A stretch of 62,772 nt of DNA, the filler included, from Candidatus Tectimicrobiota bacterium (lineage in GTDB: Bacteria; JACPSX01): NCBI GenBank assembly GCA_016193065.1. It is 9 parts of 9 records of this genome, joined end to end, with 100 filler letters (N's around TTAATTAATTAA, not from the genome) between each part and the next. Parts side by side here need not be neighbours in the genome. Positions count along the whole stretch, not along the records: positions 1 to 18,728 come from JACPSX010000287.1; 8 more parts are not named here. The stretch is one strand, 5' to 3'. Positions 1 through 9,942 of this stretch are shown here, one piece after another. Position 1 is the stretch's first letter. Each line of letters begins with the position of its first letter. A program made the translations under genes and the position numbers. The notes beneath the pieces are model-generated. The model was given only the letters and a program-made list of their open reading frames with translations, was not told the DNA's origin and made no database searches.

Positions 1-1
1 C

Positions 2-1069
2 CCGTCCTGGACCGTGTCCAGCAACGCGGTGAACGTCTTCGGCATCGGACGCAAGGGGAAGATGGTGGGCGCCCTGCTCTCGGATCATCGGGGCGGTGGA
101 GCCGGGGGCCGCTCCTTCGGCGACGGATTCGACAGCGCGGGCCATCCTTTGTCCTACCTGGGGTTCATGGCGAACGTGGAGGATCAGGAGTGGAAGCTTC
201 CGATCCTGTACATCTTCCGGCAGCGGCTGAAGGACTCCGGAGGGCCGGGGAAATTCCGCGGCGGGGTGACCTCCATTTCCGCTCTGACCCCCTACGGCAC
301 CGAGCGCACCATCTTCAAGTGCATGAACACAGCGGGCACGAACCAGTCCAACGCGGCGGGGATCGAGGGGGGGTACCCGGGGTCGGGCTCCCAGGTCTCC
401 CTGGTGCGCGGCTCGACGGTCTGGGAGATCCTGAAGGGGGGAGAGAGCCCCATGACCCACGAAGCCCTGGGGGGAGAGATGCAGCATCTCCCGTCCAAGG
501 CCGACGGCGTTTTGGAGAACGGAGACCTCCTGGTGTTTTACCCGCCTGGGGGTGGAGGGTATGGAGATCCGCTGGACCGGGATCCCGACAGGGTTCGGGT
601 GGATGTTCTCAACGGCACGGTGTCCGTGGAGGCGGCCCGCAAGTACTACGGGGTGTGGCTGCGTGGGGACCTCAGCGTGGACGAGGGAGGCACCCGTCGA
701 GAGCGGGAGCAGCGGATCGCGGAGCGGCTGGGCACCCGGCAGCCGGGTACCCGGTCCCGGCTGGGTTCGGGCAACGGCTCGGGGGAGCGGCAGATCCAGG
801 GGGAGAGGATCGGAGAATACCTGGTCCGGGTCCGCAAGAACGGGGACGAGAGCCTGCACTGCGCCAAGTGCGGGGAGCACCTAGGCAAAAACGAAGCGGA
901 GTGGGACGGGAAAGTCCTGGTGCGGGAAGTTCCCCTGGGCACGGCAGGCCCGTGGATCTCGCTCAGGTACGGCGGGCAGAGCCCCAACTTTTCTCTGCGG
1001 GAAACTCTGTGCCCGGGCTGCGGCACGCTGCTCGACGTTCGCGAAGTCCTGGTGAATCCTCCCGACTAG
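2..1069 (+). CDS. Hydantoinase B/oxoprolinase-family protein (5' partial) with C-terminal acetone-carboxylase-gamma-like Zn domain
   Basis: DSGGPGKFRGG, GGGGYGDPLDRDP and VSVEAARKYYGV motifs; C-terminal CAKC...CPGCG pair; frame open from the window edge. Confidence 0.85.
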   Translation, partial: PSWTVSSNAVNVFGIGRKGKMVGALLSDHRGGGAGGRSFGDGFDSAGHPLSYLGFMANVEDQEWKLPILYIFRQRLKDSGGPGKFRGGVTSISALTPYGTERTIFKCMNTAGTNQSNAAGIEGGYPGSGSQVSLVRGSTVWEILKGGESPMTHEALGGEMQHLPSKADGVLENGDLLVFYPPGGGGYGDPLDRDPDRVRVDVLNGTVSVEAARKYYGVWLRGDLSVDEGGTRREREQRIAERLGTRQPGTRSRLGSGNGSGERQIQGERIGEYLVRVRKNGDESLHCAKCGEHLGKNEAEWDGKVLVREVPLGTAGPWISLRYGGQSPNFSLRETLCPGCGTLLDVREVLVNPPD

Positions 1070-1088
1070 CCAGGTGATGAAAGGGCTT

Positions 1089-1173
1089 CCGTTCCCCCTT
1101 CGACAAGCTCAGGGCGAACGGAGGAGGCCCTATTCTTATTCCGTTCGTGGTGAGCCTGTCGAACCATGAACGG
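1089..1173. repeat. Inverted pair of REP-like hairpins
   Basis: CCGTTCCCCCTTCGACAAGCTCAGGGCGAACGG and CCGTTCGTGGTGAGCCTGTCGAACCATGAACGG; each is self-complementary at its ends; located between convergent genes. Confidence 0.7.
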
Positions 1174-1227
1174 ATTTCTGACCCAGTCTTCCCCGGGGGG
1201 AGAAGGGATCTTATTGCGTTGCGATAA

Positions 1228-2253
1228 TCAAGCGGAAATCGGGTTGAGAAGACCGTCAGGAAACTTCTTCAGGATCCCCAACTGCACCGCCTTCTTCAGG
1301 TAAAACTCCATTTCTTGCTCCCCTTTCGGTCCCCACTTCCACACGAAGGTTCTGGGAAGGCGCTCGGCGGCAATCTCCACCTCCTTCTCCGTGTTGAGGC
1401 CCAGGGCCTTCCTCAGCCAATCTTTCTGGAGATTCCCTTTGATGTCTTTGGTGAACAATTCCCAGGCTTCGTCCCGGGCTTTGAGGAAGGAAATGATCGC
1501 AGGGCGGGCATTCTTGATCATGTCTTCCCGGGCGCCGATGCCCCCCACCTGCATCAGGGTATTGCCCGTGATCTCCTGCCAGTCCTTGAGAAAGGGATTC
1601 CCGACCACCTTGTATTTTCCCGTGGCCAGCAGCTTCGACAGGCTCACCTCAATGGCCAGGCCGGCATCCAGCTCTCCCTTTTCCACCAGCGCCGCCGACA
1701 GAGGAGCCGTAACCTTACGCAACCGAAATTTCGTTTCCGCATCGATTCCCTTGATCTGAGCCACCATCAGCAGGCCGGCACTCGCCTCGGAAGGGAGACC
1801 GAACCAGCCCACGTTCTTGCCGATGAGGTCCTCCATGCGCTTGTACGGAGCATCCGCCCGGGCGATCAGGCAGGTCTGCTGCTGCATGTTCGGGCTGATG
1901 TACTGAACCGGCCGCCCTTCGAGTCGCCCAATGGCCCCCGAGATGGCGCCAAAGGCCCCGCTGATGTCCGTCTTTCCCAGGAAGAATTGAGTGAACTGGG
2001 CGTTGATGTTGTCAAAAAGCTTGAACTCCAGATCTCCCCCGTATTTGGCATCCAGGTGCAACTGGTTGATGATCGTCGAGTAAATCGACGTGGTGCCGGT
2101 GTTGAGGACGCCGACCACATACTTTTTCTGGGCCAGGGCTCGTGCCGGGGTAAGCAACGATCCTCCCAGGCCGAGCAAGAGAGCGCTTGCCGTTCCACCT
2201 AGGAATTCCCGACGGTTCATGCCCTCCAAGCGCTTACAAACAGTTGTTGCCAT
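1228..2253 (-). CDS. ABC transporter substrate-binding protein (SsuA/NMT1-like), Tat-exported
   Basis: NRREFLGG twin-arginine signal with AxA cleavage site; DLIGKNVG and GELDAG segments typical of class II binding proteins. Confidence 0.8.
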   Translation of the reverse strand: MATTVCKRLEGMNRREFLGGTASALLLGLGGSLLTPARALAQKKYVVGVLNTGTTSIYSTIINQLHLDAKYGGDLEFKLFDNINAQFTQFFLGKTDISGAFGAISGAIGRLEGRPVQYISPNMQQQTCLIARADAPYKRMEDLIGKNVGWFGLPSEASAGLLMVAQIKGIDAETKFRLRKVTAPLSAALVEKGELDAGLAIEVSLSKLLATGKYKVVGNPFLKDWQEITGNTLMQVGGIGAREDMIKNARPAIISFLKARDEAWELFTKDIKGNLQKDWLRKALGLNTEKEVEIAAERLPRTFVWKWGPKGEQEMEFYLKKAVQLGILKKFPDGLLNPISA

Positions 2254-2557
2254 GGCGATCCTCCTTTCCTGGGGGTTAAGGAATCAGTCGCAAAAAAATT
2301 CGCTGCTCGGCCTATCGTTGGCGATGTCGGACGTATAGCACAAAACAAGGGTAATTTTCAGTATCCTTTTTTTCCTCAAAAATTGTCCTTCCCGAATCCC
2401 TCCTCCTTGGAAGCAACCCCCTGGACCCGAAAATAAAGCCCGGGGAGAAGCGTTACCGAGTCGGTTGACCAACTTGCTGTCCCTGATTGGAAAACTGCAG
2501 ACGCCCCGGGAACTCGGAAGAGAGTCCAGGAGAGTTGGATGCTCGGCGGAAATCCAA

Positions 2558-2587
2558 TTGAACTTTCTCCCCACAAGCCCGTATAAT
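2558..2587 (+). promoter_or_regulatory. Putative sigma70 promoter for the ThDP enzyme gene
   Basis: TTGAAC-N18-TATAAT upstream of the AAGGAGG RBS. Confidence 0.4.
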
Positions 2588-2673
2588 AGTCGGGTCATTG
2601 CCCCTCGCAATCAAGACGCAGGTCCCTACCACTACTGGCCGGAGAAGTTCAAAACACCGTAAGGAGGCTCGTC

Positions 2674-4485
2674 ATGCCGGTATCATCCTCGCCATCCACC
2701 GCCAGCGTAGCGGAACTGGCTACCCCTCGCCGACCCGAATACGGGTCCGATCACATCGTCGACGTTTTCAAAGCGCTGGACATCGAGTACACGGCCTTCA
2801 ACCCGGGAGCCACCTTCCGCGGGATTCACGATTCCATCGTGAATTACGGCGGCAACACGCGGCCCGAGGTGATCGAGTGCTGCCACGAGGAGATCTCGGT
2901 GGCCGTCGCCCACGGCTATGCCAAGGCTGCAGGCAAGCCGATGATCGCCATCGTCCACAACATCGTGGGGCTTCAGCACGCCTCCATGGCCATCTTCAAC
3001 GCCTGGTGCGATCGGGTCCCGGTGCTCGTCCTGGGAGGGACGGGACCCATGGACACCATGAAGCGCCGGCCCTGGATCGACTGGATCCATACGGCGCTGG
3101 TGCAGGGCAACCTGGTGCGCGATTTTGTGAAGTGGGACGACCAGCCCCATACCCTCAGCAACGTGGCCGAATCCTTCTTGAGAGGCTACCGGATCGCCCT
3201 GACCGAGCCCCAGGGCCCCATCTATATCTGCTATGATGCCGAGATCCAGGAAGGCCGGGTGACCGAAGAGATCTCCATTCCCGACGTGAGCCGCTACGGC
3301 CTGCCGGCACCCTTTCAGGCGGAACGGGGGGCACTGGAAAAAGCCGCCGACCTTCTTACCCGGGCCAAGTTCCCGGTGATTATCGCCGACTTCGTGGGCC
3401 GGAACCCGGGGGCGGTCCGCCACCTGGTGGAGCTGGCGGAAACCCTTAACGTTCCCGTCCTCGACACGGACAAGAGGAACCGGTTTAACTTCCCGAACAC
3501 GCACCCCCTGGATCTTTCGGGAGCCGATAATGAGATTATCAAGAAAGCCGATGTGATTTTGGGTTTGGATGTCCAGGATCTCTTCGGGGCCCTGAGCACG
3601 ACGGACCGGGTGGCCCGGGTAGCCAGGATGGGAATCGGCAAGGAAACCCAGGTGATTCACATTCACTTGAACGACCTCATCGTCCGAAGCTGGTCCACCG
3701 ATTACCAGCGGCTTCCCGCCGTGGACCTCCCGATCCTGGCCGACACTTCCGTGGCCCTGCCGGAGCTCGTGACCCTGTGCAAGGAGAGATTGAAAGGCGA
3801 AAACCCGAAGACCTCGGGGCGCCAACAGCGCCGGGAGGAATGCACGGAAATTCACCACCGCCTGAGGCAGACCTGGGCGGAAGCCGCCTCAACTCCGGTG
3901 CGCAACGGCCGCCTGACGGTTCCCTTCGTGGCGAAAGAGGTCTATGAAGCGATCAAGTCCGAAGACTGGACCCTGGTAAACGGAGATTTTAACAGTTGGG
4001 TCCGTCGGCTCTGGACAATGGACAAGCCTTACCAGTATCTGGGCCGGGCCGGCGGCGGCGGCGTGGGCTACGGAATGGGAGCCTCCCTGGGAGCCACCCT
4101 GGCGAACAAGGGGAACGGCAGGCTCTGCGTCGATATCCAGTCCGACGGCGACCTTCTCTATTGCGCCAGCTCCTTGTGGACGGCGGCACACCACCGAATT
4201 CCCCTGCTGGCCGTCATGTTCAACAACCGCTCTTACTACAACTCTCAAGAGCACGGAATCAACATGGCCAAGGCGCGCAATCGCCCCGTGGAAAAAGCGG
4301 GGATCGGCACCGAGATCACGGACCCCAACGTGGATTTCACCACGCTGGCCAAAGCGTACGGCTTGTGGGGCAAGGGGCCCATCACCCGTCCCGAGGAGGT
4401 GCGCCCCGCGATCCAGGAAGCCCTGCGCCATGTGAAGGAACAGAACGAATTCGCCCTCGTGGACATCGTCATGGAACCGCGCTGA
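2674..4485 (+). CDS. Thiamine pyrophosphate-dependent enzyme (acetolactate synthase/benzoylformate decarboxylase superfamily)
   Basis: HEE..VAVAHGYAK motif; ThDP-binding SDGD...FNN motif; strong RBS. Confidence 0.9.
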   Translation: MPVSSSPSTASVAELATPRRPEYGSDHIVDVFKALDIEYTAFNPGATFRGIHDSIVNYGGNTRPEVIECCHEEISVAVAHGYAKAAGKPMIAIVHNIVGLQHASMAIFNAWCDRVPVLVLGGTGPMDTMKRRPWIDWIHTALVQGNLVRDFVKWDDQPHTLSNVAESFLRGYRIALTEPQGPIYICYDAEIQEGRVTEEISIPDVSRYGLPAPFQAERGALEKAADLLTRAKFPVIIADFVGRNPGAVRHLVELAETLNVPVLDTDKRNRFNFPNTHPLDLSGADNEIIKKADVILGLDVQDLFGALSTTDRVARVARMGIGKETQVIHIHLNDLIVRSWSTDYQRLPAVDLPILADTSVALPELVTLCKERLKGENPKTSGRQQRREECTEIHHRLRQTWAEAASTPVRNGRLTVPFVAKEVYEAIKSEDWTLVNGDFNSWVRRLWTMDKPYQYLGRAGGGGVGYGMGASLGATLANKGNGRLCVDIQSDGDLLYCASSLWTAAHHRIPLLAVMFNNRSYYNSQEHGINMAKARNRPVEKAGIGTEITDPNVDFTTLAKAYGLWGKGPITRPEEVRPAIQEALRHVKEQNEFALVDIVMEPR

Positions 4486-4507
4486 ACAGGGAGGGATGGC
4501 CGGGCCC

Positions 4508-5404
4508 TCAGGCGTTCGCCAGAGCCTCCTCGATGACCTGATTCTTCCAGGTGGTGGGCAAGGGGATCCCGCATTCTTCCAGACCGACGGTCGCTGCACG
4601 GGGCACCAGACCGATGATCTCCAGATCGGACACCGGCAGCCCCCGGCTCTCCGCTTCGGCGGCGATGCGGCGGATGATCTGGCTCCAGGGTGTGATCCTG
4701 TAGTCCACCAGATTGACCGAGACCTGCACCATCCGGCGGCCGCGGAGTTTCACCCCGATTGCCTTCACAGCCGGAAGCCCCCCATCCCGGGCGCGCACGG
4801 CCCGGGCGACGGCCCGAGCGCTCTCCAGATCCTGCGAGGCCAGGTTGACATTGAAGGCGATGAGAATGCCCCGGGCTCCCACGGCCGTAGCTCCAGACTT
4901 GGCGTGAAACCGGCAAGGGCCTTCGTCGGGCTTCCAGCGCGGGTCTGCAAGCTTCCCCTGCAACCCCTCGTACTCTCCGCGCCGTACCGCCTCCAGCGGG
5001 ATGCGCTTCGCCGTCCGGGCCGCCTCTCCGTAGTAGAAGACCGGAATCCCGTGGCGGCCGGCAAATTGCCGCCCGAACTCATGGGCCGTCTGGACGGCTC
5101 GGGCCATGGGGAGATCCCCCAACGGGACAAAGGGGACCACATCAACGGCCCCGAGACGGGGATGGACGCCGCGATGATTCCTCATGTCAATGTGCTCCAC
5201 AGCCAGGCCGCAGGAAGCCAGGGCCGCCTCCAGGACTCTCTCGGGAGTACCCGCAAAGGTGAGCACCGAGCGATGGTGGTCCGGATCGCTCGTCGCGTGG
5301 AGAAAATTAACTCCGCTCACGCCCTTGACGGCCTGGACCAGGGAATCGACCAGACTCCGGTCCTTCCCCTCGCTGATGTTCGATACACATTCGAGAAGAT
5401 TCAC
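4508..5404 (-). CDS. ftcd: Glutamate formiminotransferase
   Basis: LLECVSNISEG, DPDHHRSV, HRGVHPRLGAVDVVPFVP and VQVSVNL motifs. Confidence 0.92.
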   Translation of the reverse strand: MNLLECVSNISEGKDRSLVDSLVQAVKGVSGVNFLHATSDPDHHRSVLTFAGTPERVLEAALASCGLAVEHIDMRNHRGVHPRLGAVDVVPFVPLGDLPMARAVQTAHEFGRQFAGRHGIPVFYYGEAARTAKRIPLEAVRRGEYEGLQGKLADPRWKPDEGPCRFHAKSGATAVGARGILIAFNVNLASQDLESARAVARAVRARDGGLPAVKAIGVKLRGRRMVQVSVNLVDYRITPWSQIIRRIAAEAESRGLPVSDLEIIGLVPRAATVGLEECGIPLPTTWKNQVIEEALANA

Positions 5405-5471
5405 CGCCGCGCGCTTAGCCCCCCGACAGTCAGTTCTCGCAGGGTTTGCAATGCCTCAACCGCATTCGGAT

Positions 5472-5543
5472 CCCCTCACCCTGTCCCTCTCCGCACGCCC
5501 ATAGGGCACCCGGGGTACCCGGGGGAGAGAGGAGGTGAGGGGG
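5472..5543. repeat. REP-like CCCTCACCC/CCCTCTCC...GGAGAG element with nested GGGCACCCGG/GGGTACCCGG insert
   Basis: Same family as 7044-7080, 8736-8772, 34266-34302, 51646-51685, 52547-52710 and 53682-53706. Confidence 0.65.
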
Positions 5544-5645
5544 CTCTTCCTTGAAGTGCAGCGGGCAGGAATGTTACCATAGAAGAAACGCTGAACCAAG
5601 TTGCGCCGGCGCAGTCTTCCAAACCATAACATCCGGAGGCGAGCC

Positions 5646-7034
5646 ATGAACAAAGACCTGAGGAGCTTTCTCTCCCAATTGGCCAAGATGGGGGATCGGG
5701 AGATTGTCCGCGTCCGCCGCGAGGTCGATCCCCGCTTCGAGCTCAACACGGTGGTGGCCAAGCTGGAACAGGAGGGGAAGTATCCGGCCGTCTATTTCGA
5801 CAAGGTTAAGGGGTCCCGCATTCCCGTGGTCACCAACCTCTGCTCGACTTACGAAAAGCTGGCCCTGGCCCTGGATACGAAACTGGAACATCTCGTGGAG
5901 GAACATGCCGCGCGGGAAAGGCACCCCGTGGCGACCCGCACGGTCAGCAATGCTCCCGTGAAAGACACGATTCTCACCGGAGAGAGGGCGGATCTGGGCA
6001 TCTTGCCCATCCCCACCCACAACGCCCTGGACGGCGGTCCCTACGTGTGCAGCGGAGTGGGAATCGTCAAGGATCCGGAAACCGGAAAGCAAAACGCGGG
6101 GGTTTACCGGCACATGGTCTACGGCCCTCAGACCATGGGAGTTTACATGGTGAGGGCCCATCACATCTTTTACCTGTGGCGCCGCTACAGCGAGCGCCAG
6201 GAGGAGATGGCCATCGCCATCGCCCTGGGACACCATCCGGCTCTCATGCTGGGCGCCATCTCCCGCCACCCGGGAGCCGGCGGTGAACTGGAAGTGGCCG
6301 GCGCCCTTCTCGGGGAACCTCTGGAAGTAGTTCCCGGAGAAACCGTCGATCTCCTGGTACCCGCGGCGGCTGAAATCATCATCGAGGGGAAGATCATCCC
6401 GGGAGAGATGCACGAGGAGGGACCTTTCGGCGAATGGCCGCGATATTACACTTCTTTCGGTCCGCAGCCCTACATGCGGGTCACGGCCATCACCATGCGC
6501 CGCGATCCGATCTACCAGGACCTGTGCGCCGCCCATTCGGACCACCTGGTGGTCGGCGGGCTGGCGCGGATGGGAAGCCTGCTCATGCGGGTGAGGGAAG
6601 TGGTCCCCACCGTGAAAGCCGTCAACATGCCCATGTCCGGCGGCGCCCGGGCCCACTGCTACATTTCCATGAAAAAGCAGACCGAGGGGGAGCCCAAGCA
6701 AGCCGCCTTTGCCGCCCTCACGGTGGAAAACGACATCAAGATGGTCATTGTCGTGGACGAGGACATCAACGTCTTCAACGAACCCGAAGTTCTGTGGGCC
6801 GTGGCCACCCGCTTTGAGGCGGACCGGGACTTGATCGTCATGCCAAACTGCCAGGGGATCGAGCTTATCCCCACAGCTTACGGGCACAACCGCAACGAGC
6901 ACGGCAACATGAACACCAAGCTCATCCTGGATGCCACCAAGCCCTGCCCGCCGGTGCCTTTTCCCGAGCGGGCCGATGTTCCCCAGGATCTGCTGCGCTC
7001 ACTGAACCTGTCGGACTACGTGGTCCCTTATTAG
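5646..7034 (+). CDS. UbiD-family (prFMN-dependent) decarboxylase
   Basis: DLRSFL N-terminus; EEGPFGEW, VDEDINV and LDATKP motifs. Confidence 0.92.
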   Translation: MNKDLRSFLSQLAKMGDREIVRVRREVDPRFELNTVVAKLEQEGKYPAVYFDKVKGSRIPVVTNLCSTYEKLALALDTKLEHLVEEHAARERHPVATRTVSNAPVKDTILTGERADLGILPIPTHNALDGGPYVCSGVGIVKDPETGKQNAGVYRHMVYGPQTMGVYMVRAHHIFYLWRRYSERQEEMAIAIALGHHPALMLGAISRHPGAGGELEVAGALLGEPLEVVPGETVDLLVPAAAEIIIEGKIIPGEMHEEGPFGEWPRYYTSFGPQPYMRVTAITMRRDPIYQDLCAAHSDHLVVGGLARMGSLLMRVREVVPTVKAVNMPMSGGARAHCYISMKKQTEGEPKQAAFAALTVENDIKMVIVVDEDINVFNEPEVLWAVATRFEADRDLIVMPNCQGIELIPTAYGHNRNEHGNMNTKLILDATKPCPPVPFPERADVPQDLLRSLNLSDYVVPY

Positions 7035-7043
7035 TTCCTCCTT

Positions 7044-7080
7044 CCCCTCTCCCTGGTGGGGAGAGGGCGAGGGGGAGGGG
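7044..7080. repeat. REP-like hairpin
   Basis: CCCCTCTCCC-tggt-GGGGAGAGGG followed by GGGGGAGGGG. Confidence 0.65.
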
Positions 7081-7099
7081 ATCCCCCAAGGAATACACT

Positions 7100-7993
7100 A
7101 TGGCCAGAATCTTCGTCACCGGAGGAACCGGTTTCGTGGGTCAGGAAATTCTCCGGGAGCTTCACCGTCAAGGTTATGGTCTCCGCTGTCTGGTGCGCCC
7201 AGGTTCGGAAGGCAAGCTTCCTCTGCGGGAAGGGGTTGAAATCATTCACGGCGATTTGCGAGAGCCCGCTTCTCTGGAGAACGCCGCCACCGGATGCGAG
7301 GCCGTCATCCACCTGGTGGGAATCATCCGGGAATATCCCCGCCAAGGGATCACCTTTAAGAACCTTCACGTGGAAGCGACCCGGCAGGCCTTGAAGATCG
7401 CCCGGACCGCAAGGGTTTCCCGCTATCTTCACATGAGCGCCCTGGGAGTTCGGGAAGGAGCTGTTTCCGCTTACCACCGCACCAAGTGGGAAGCGGAAGA
7501 GATCGTGCGAGCAAGCGGCCTCACCTTCACGATCTTCCGTCCCTCGGTGATCGTTGGCCCCGAAGGCGAATTCATGACAATGATCTCCCGCCTCGTGCGG
7601 TGTGCTCCTGTGGTGCCGGTCATCGGAGATGGTCGCTACCGTCTCCAGCCCGTAGCCCTGGAGACGGTAGCCAGAGGTTTTGTGACGGCGCTGCGCTCCC
7701 CAGCAGCCAAGGACAAGACCTTCGAGGTGGCCGGACCGGATCCGGTGACCTACAACGAGTTCCTGGACTTGGTAGGAAAATGCCTGGGGAAAAAGGTGCG
7801 CCGGCTTCACCAGCCGCTCTGGCTCATGAGGCCTCTGGTCGCCGCGCTGGAAAAAGTCCCTTTCTTTCCTCTCACCAGCAACCAGCTCACCATGCTGCTG
7901 GAAGACAACACGACGGACCCGGACCCGTTTTACCGAACCCTGGGCCTGGAGCCCATCCCCGTGGAAGACGCCATCCGCCGAGCCCTGCGTTGA
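7100..7993 (+). CDS. NAD(P)-binding atypical SDR, NDUFA9-like
   Basis: TGGTGFVG, HLVGIIRE, HMSALG and YHRTK motifs. Confidence 0.88.
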   Translation: MARIFVTGGTGFVGQEILRELHRQGYGLRCLVRPGSEGKLPLREGVEIIHGDLREPASLENAATGCEAVIHLVGIIREYPRQGITFKNLHVEATRQALKIARTARVSRYLHMSALGVREGAVSAYHRTKWEAEEIVRASGLTFTIFRPSVIVGPEGEFMTMISRLVRCAPVVPVIGDGRYRLQPVALETVARGFVTALRSPAAKDKTFEVAGPDPVTYNEFLDLVGKCLGKKVRRLHQPLWLMRPLVAALEKVPFFPLTSNQLTMLLEDNTTDPDPFYRTLGLEPIPVEDAIRRALR

Positions 7994-8078
7994 AACAGAC
8001 TGGGGAGCGTGTTCGACAGAATCAAAGACGGACACTCGGAAATGAAAACGTCCGTCGATAAGCTGGGTCAGTTGTTTT

Positions 8079-8732
8079 TCAGGCGGGGGCGGCCCAGATC
8101 TTGGTTACCGCCTCGCGGCTCAAGGTCGTCTTCCGGCCGCCGATTTCCACCACCAGCGCCCCGCCGTAGTTCCGCTCCAGGACACGGAAGGAAGCCCCGG
8201 GCCGCAGACCCAGGCGGTGCAGGTACTCCATGAAGCTCTGGTCCTTCTCATGGACCCGGATGATCTTCAGGCTATCTCCCGGTGCGGCCGACTCCAGGAT
8301 CTTCACTCCGCCTTTGCGGTCCTCCCGGGGAGCTTCCACGCTCAGGGGGTAGCCGTGGGGGCAGGTGCCTTCCCGGCCGAAGAGCGAAACCAGGCACCTC
8401 TCCAACTCGGGAGAAATCGCGTGCTCCAGGATCTCGGCTTCCTCATGAACCCGGTACCAGGGCATCCGGATCACGTCCGCCAGGAGTTTCTCCACCAGCC
8501 GGTGCCTCCTCACCAGGGTGACGGCAATCCGCTTCCCCTTAGCCGTCAGGAGGATCCTTCCCTGGGGGCCTACCTTGACGTAGCCCTCCTTCGCCATCCT
8601 CTTCAGAGCGGCCGTCACAGCCGGAGGAGAAACCGCCAGTTCCTCCGCCAGCCGGGCCGCGATGGGGCTTTGCCCCTCGTACTGGAGATGCCAGATGGTC
8701 TTTAGGTAATTCTCCTTGGAAACCGTCGGCAT
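8079..8732 (-). CDS. DtxR/MntR-family metal-dependent repressor with C-terminal FeoA domain
   Basis: ENYLKTI, RRHRLVE, EAEILEH and CPHGYP motifs; start taken at ATG 8732 because the ORF-track extension runs through a REP. Confidence 0.92.
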   Translation of the reverse strand: MPTVSKENYLKTIWHLQYEGQSPIAARLAEELAVSPPAVTAALKRMAKEGYVKVGPQGRILLTAKGKRIAVTLVRRHRLVEKLLADVIRMPWYRVHEEAEILEHAISPELERCLVSLFGREGTCPHGYPLSVEAPREDRKGGVKILESAAPGDSLKIIRVHEKDQSFMEYLHRLGLRPGASFRVLERNYGGALVVEIGGRKTTLSREAVTKIWAAPA

Positions 8733-8735
8733 CAA

Positions 8736-8772
8736 CCCCTCACCCCACCCTCTCCCGCCAGGGGAGAGGGGG
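8736..8772. repeat. REP-like hairpin
   Basis: CCCCTCACCCCACCCTCTCCC-gcca-GGGGAGAGGG. Confidence 0.65.
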
Positions 8773-8785
8773 AAAAAGGACCCCC

Positions 8786-8836
8786 TTGACAGGTTATTAA
8801 CCATGGTTAATAATATTTGTTAACCAGGGTTAACAA
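8786..8836 (+). promoter_or_regulatory. Sigma70 promoter overlapped by two 20-bp palindromic operators (probable DtxR-family boxes)
   Basis: TTGACA-N17-AATAAT; perfect palindrome TTATTAACCATGGTTAATAA (8794-8813); near-perfect TTGTTAACCAGGGTTAACAA (8817-8836). Confidence 0.8.
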
Positions 8837-8923
8837 CACAGAGCCCGCAGGTTCACAACCCTTGAGCCTCATTATAGTGGCAGAGGGCCCAACTGCAAGG
8901 CGAGAGTGAACGGAGGGGGGAAG

Positions 8924-9928
8924 ATGGTTTCCAGAAGAGAATTCCTGAAGTACGGCCTCGGCGGTACAGCCGCCTTGGGGGCGGCCACCCTGGCGGCGAG
9001 CGCCGGCGGGCAGACATCCGGCCACGTTCCGGCAGCCGGGGCTTCGGGGCACGCCGTCATGATCCCGAAGGTCCCCCGAACGTTCGGCGATTTCAACCCC
9101 ATGGCCTTTCTCACCTCTTTTGACTACGGGCGCGTGCAGCGTCTCAGCGACGGTACCACGCTGCGCGAGTACAAAATCGTGGCGGTGGATAAGGAGATCG
9201 AGGTGGCCCCGGGGGTGAAGTTCCCCGCCTGGACCTACAACGGCACGGTTCCAGGCCCCACCCTGCGCTGTACCGAGGGGGATCTATTGCGGGTTCACTT
9301 CACCAACGCCGGCAGCCACCCCCATACGATCCACTTCCACGGCATCCACCCGGACAACATGGATGGGGTCTTCGAGATCGTCCCCACAGGGGGAACCTTC
9401 ACCTACGAGTTCCACGCCGAACCCTTCGGGCTGTTCCTTTACCACTGCCACGTGATGCCGATCAAAGCCCACATTCACAAGGGGCTCTACGGAGCCTTCC
9501 TCGTCGACCCGCGCCAGCCCCGGCCCCCGGCCCGGGAGATGATCATGGTGATGAACGGGTTCGACACGGACCTGGATGGGGAAAACGAGTTTTACACCGT
9601 GAACGGCGTTGCCAACTACTATGCCGCTCATCCCATTCCGGTCAAGGTGGGGGAACTGATCCGCGTCTACCTGGTGAACCTGACGGAGTTTGACCTGATC
9701 AACTCCTTCCACCTGCACGCGAACATGTTCCGGCTCTACCGCACGGGGACGAATCTGACCCAGTACGAGTACACCGATACGGTAATGCTCTGCCAGGGGG
9801 AGCGCTGCGTCCTGGAGTTCACCTACAAGTATCCCGGGAAGTACATGTTCCACGCCCACCAGAGCGAATTCGCGGAGCTGGGCTGGATGGGCTTCTTTGA
9901 GGTAACCGGCTCGACTGGAGTCGGCTAA
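8924..9928 (+). CDS. Tat-exported two-domain multicopper oxidase (type C-like)
   Basis: SRREFLK signal; HTIHFHG and YHCH..H..GL in domain 1; FHLHA and FHAH (no Cys) in domain 2. Confidence 0.88.
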   Translation: MVSRREFLKYGLGGTAALGAATLAASAGGQTSGHVPAAGASGHAVMIPKVPRTFGDFNPMAFLTSFDYGRVQRLSDGTTLREYKIVAVDKEIEVAPGVKFPAWTYNGTVPGPTLRCTEGDLLRVHFTNAGSHPHTIHFHGIHPDNMDGVFEIVPTGGTFTYEFHAEPFGLFLYHCHVMPIKAHIHKGLYGAFLVDPRQPRPPAREMIMVMNGFDTDLDGENEFYTVNGVANYYAAHPIPVKVGELIRVYLVNLTEFDLINSFHLHANMFRLYRTGTNLTQYEYTDTVMLCQGERCVLEFTYKYPGKYMFHAHQSEFAELGWMGFFEVTGSTGVG

Positions 9929-9942
9929 GGGGGGAGGCAACC

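Noticed and set aside
2254-2673. TPP riboswitch between the binding-protein and ThDP enzyme genes
   Set aside because: I could not find the conserved CUGAGA/thi-box core on either strand
8924-9928. Copper nitrite reductase (nirK)
   Set aside because: Four HxH motifs indicate a trinuclear-cluster oxidase rather than the NirK type 2 site
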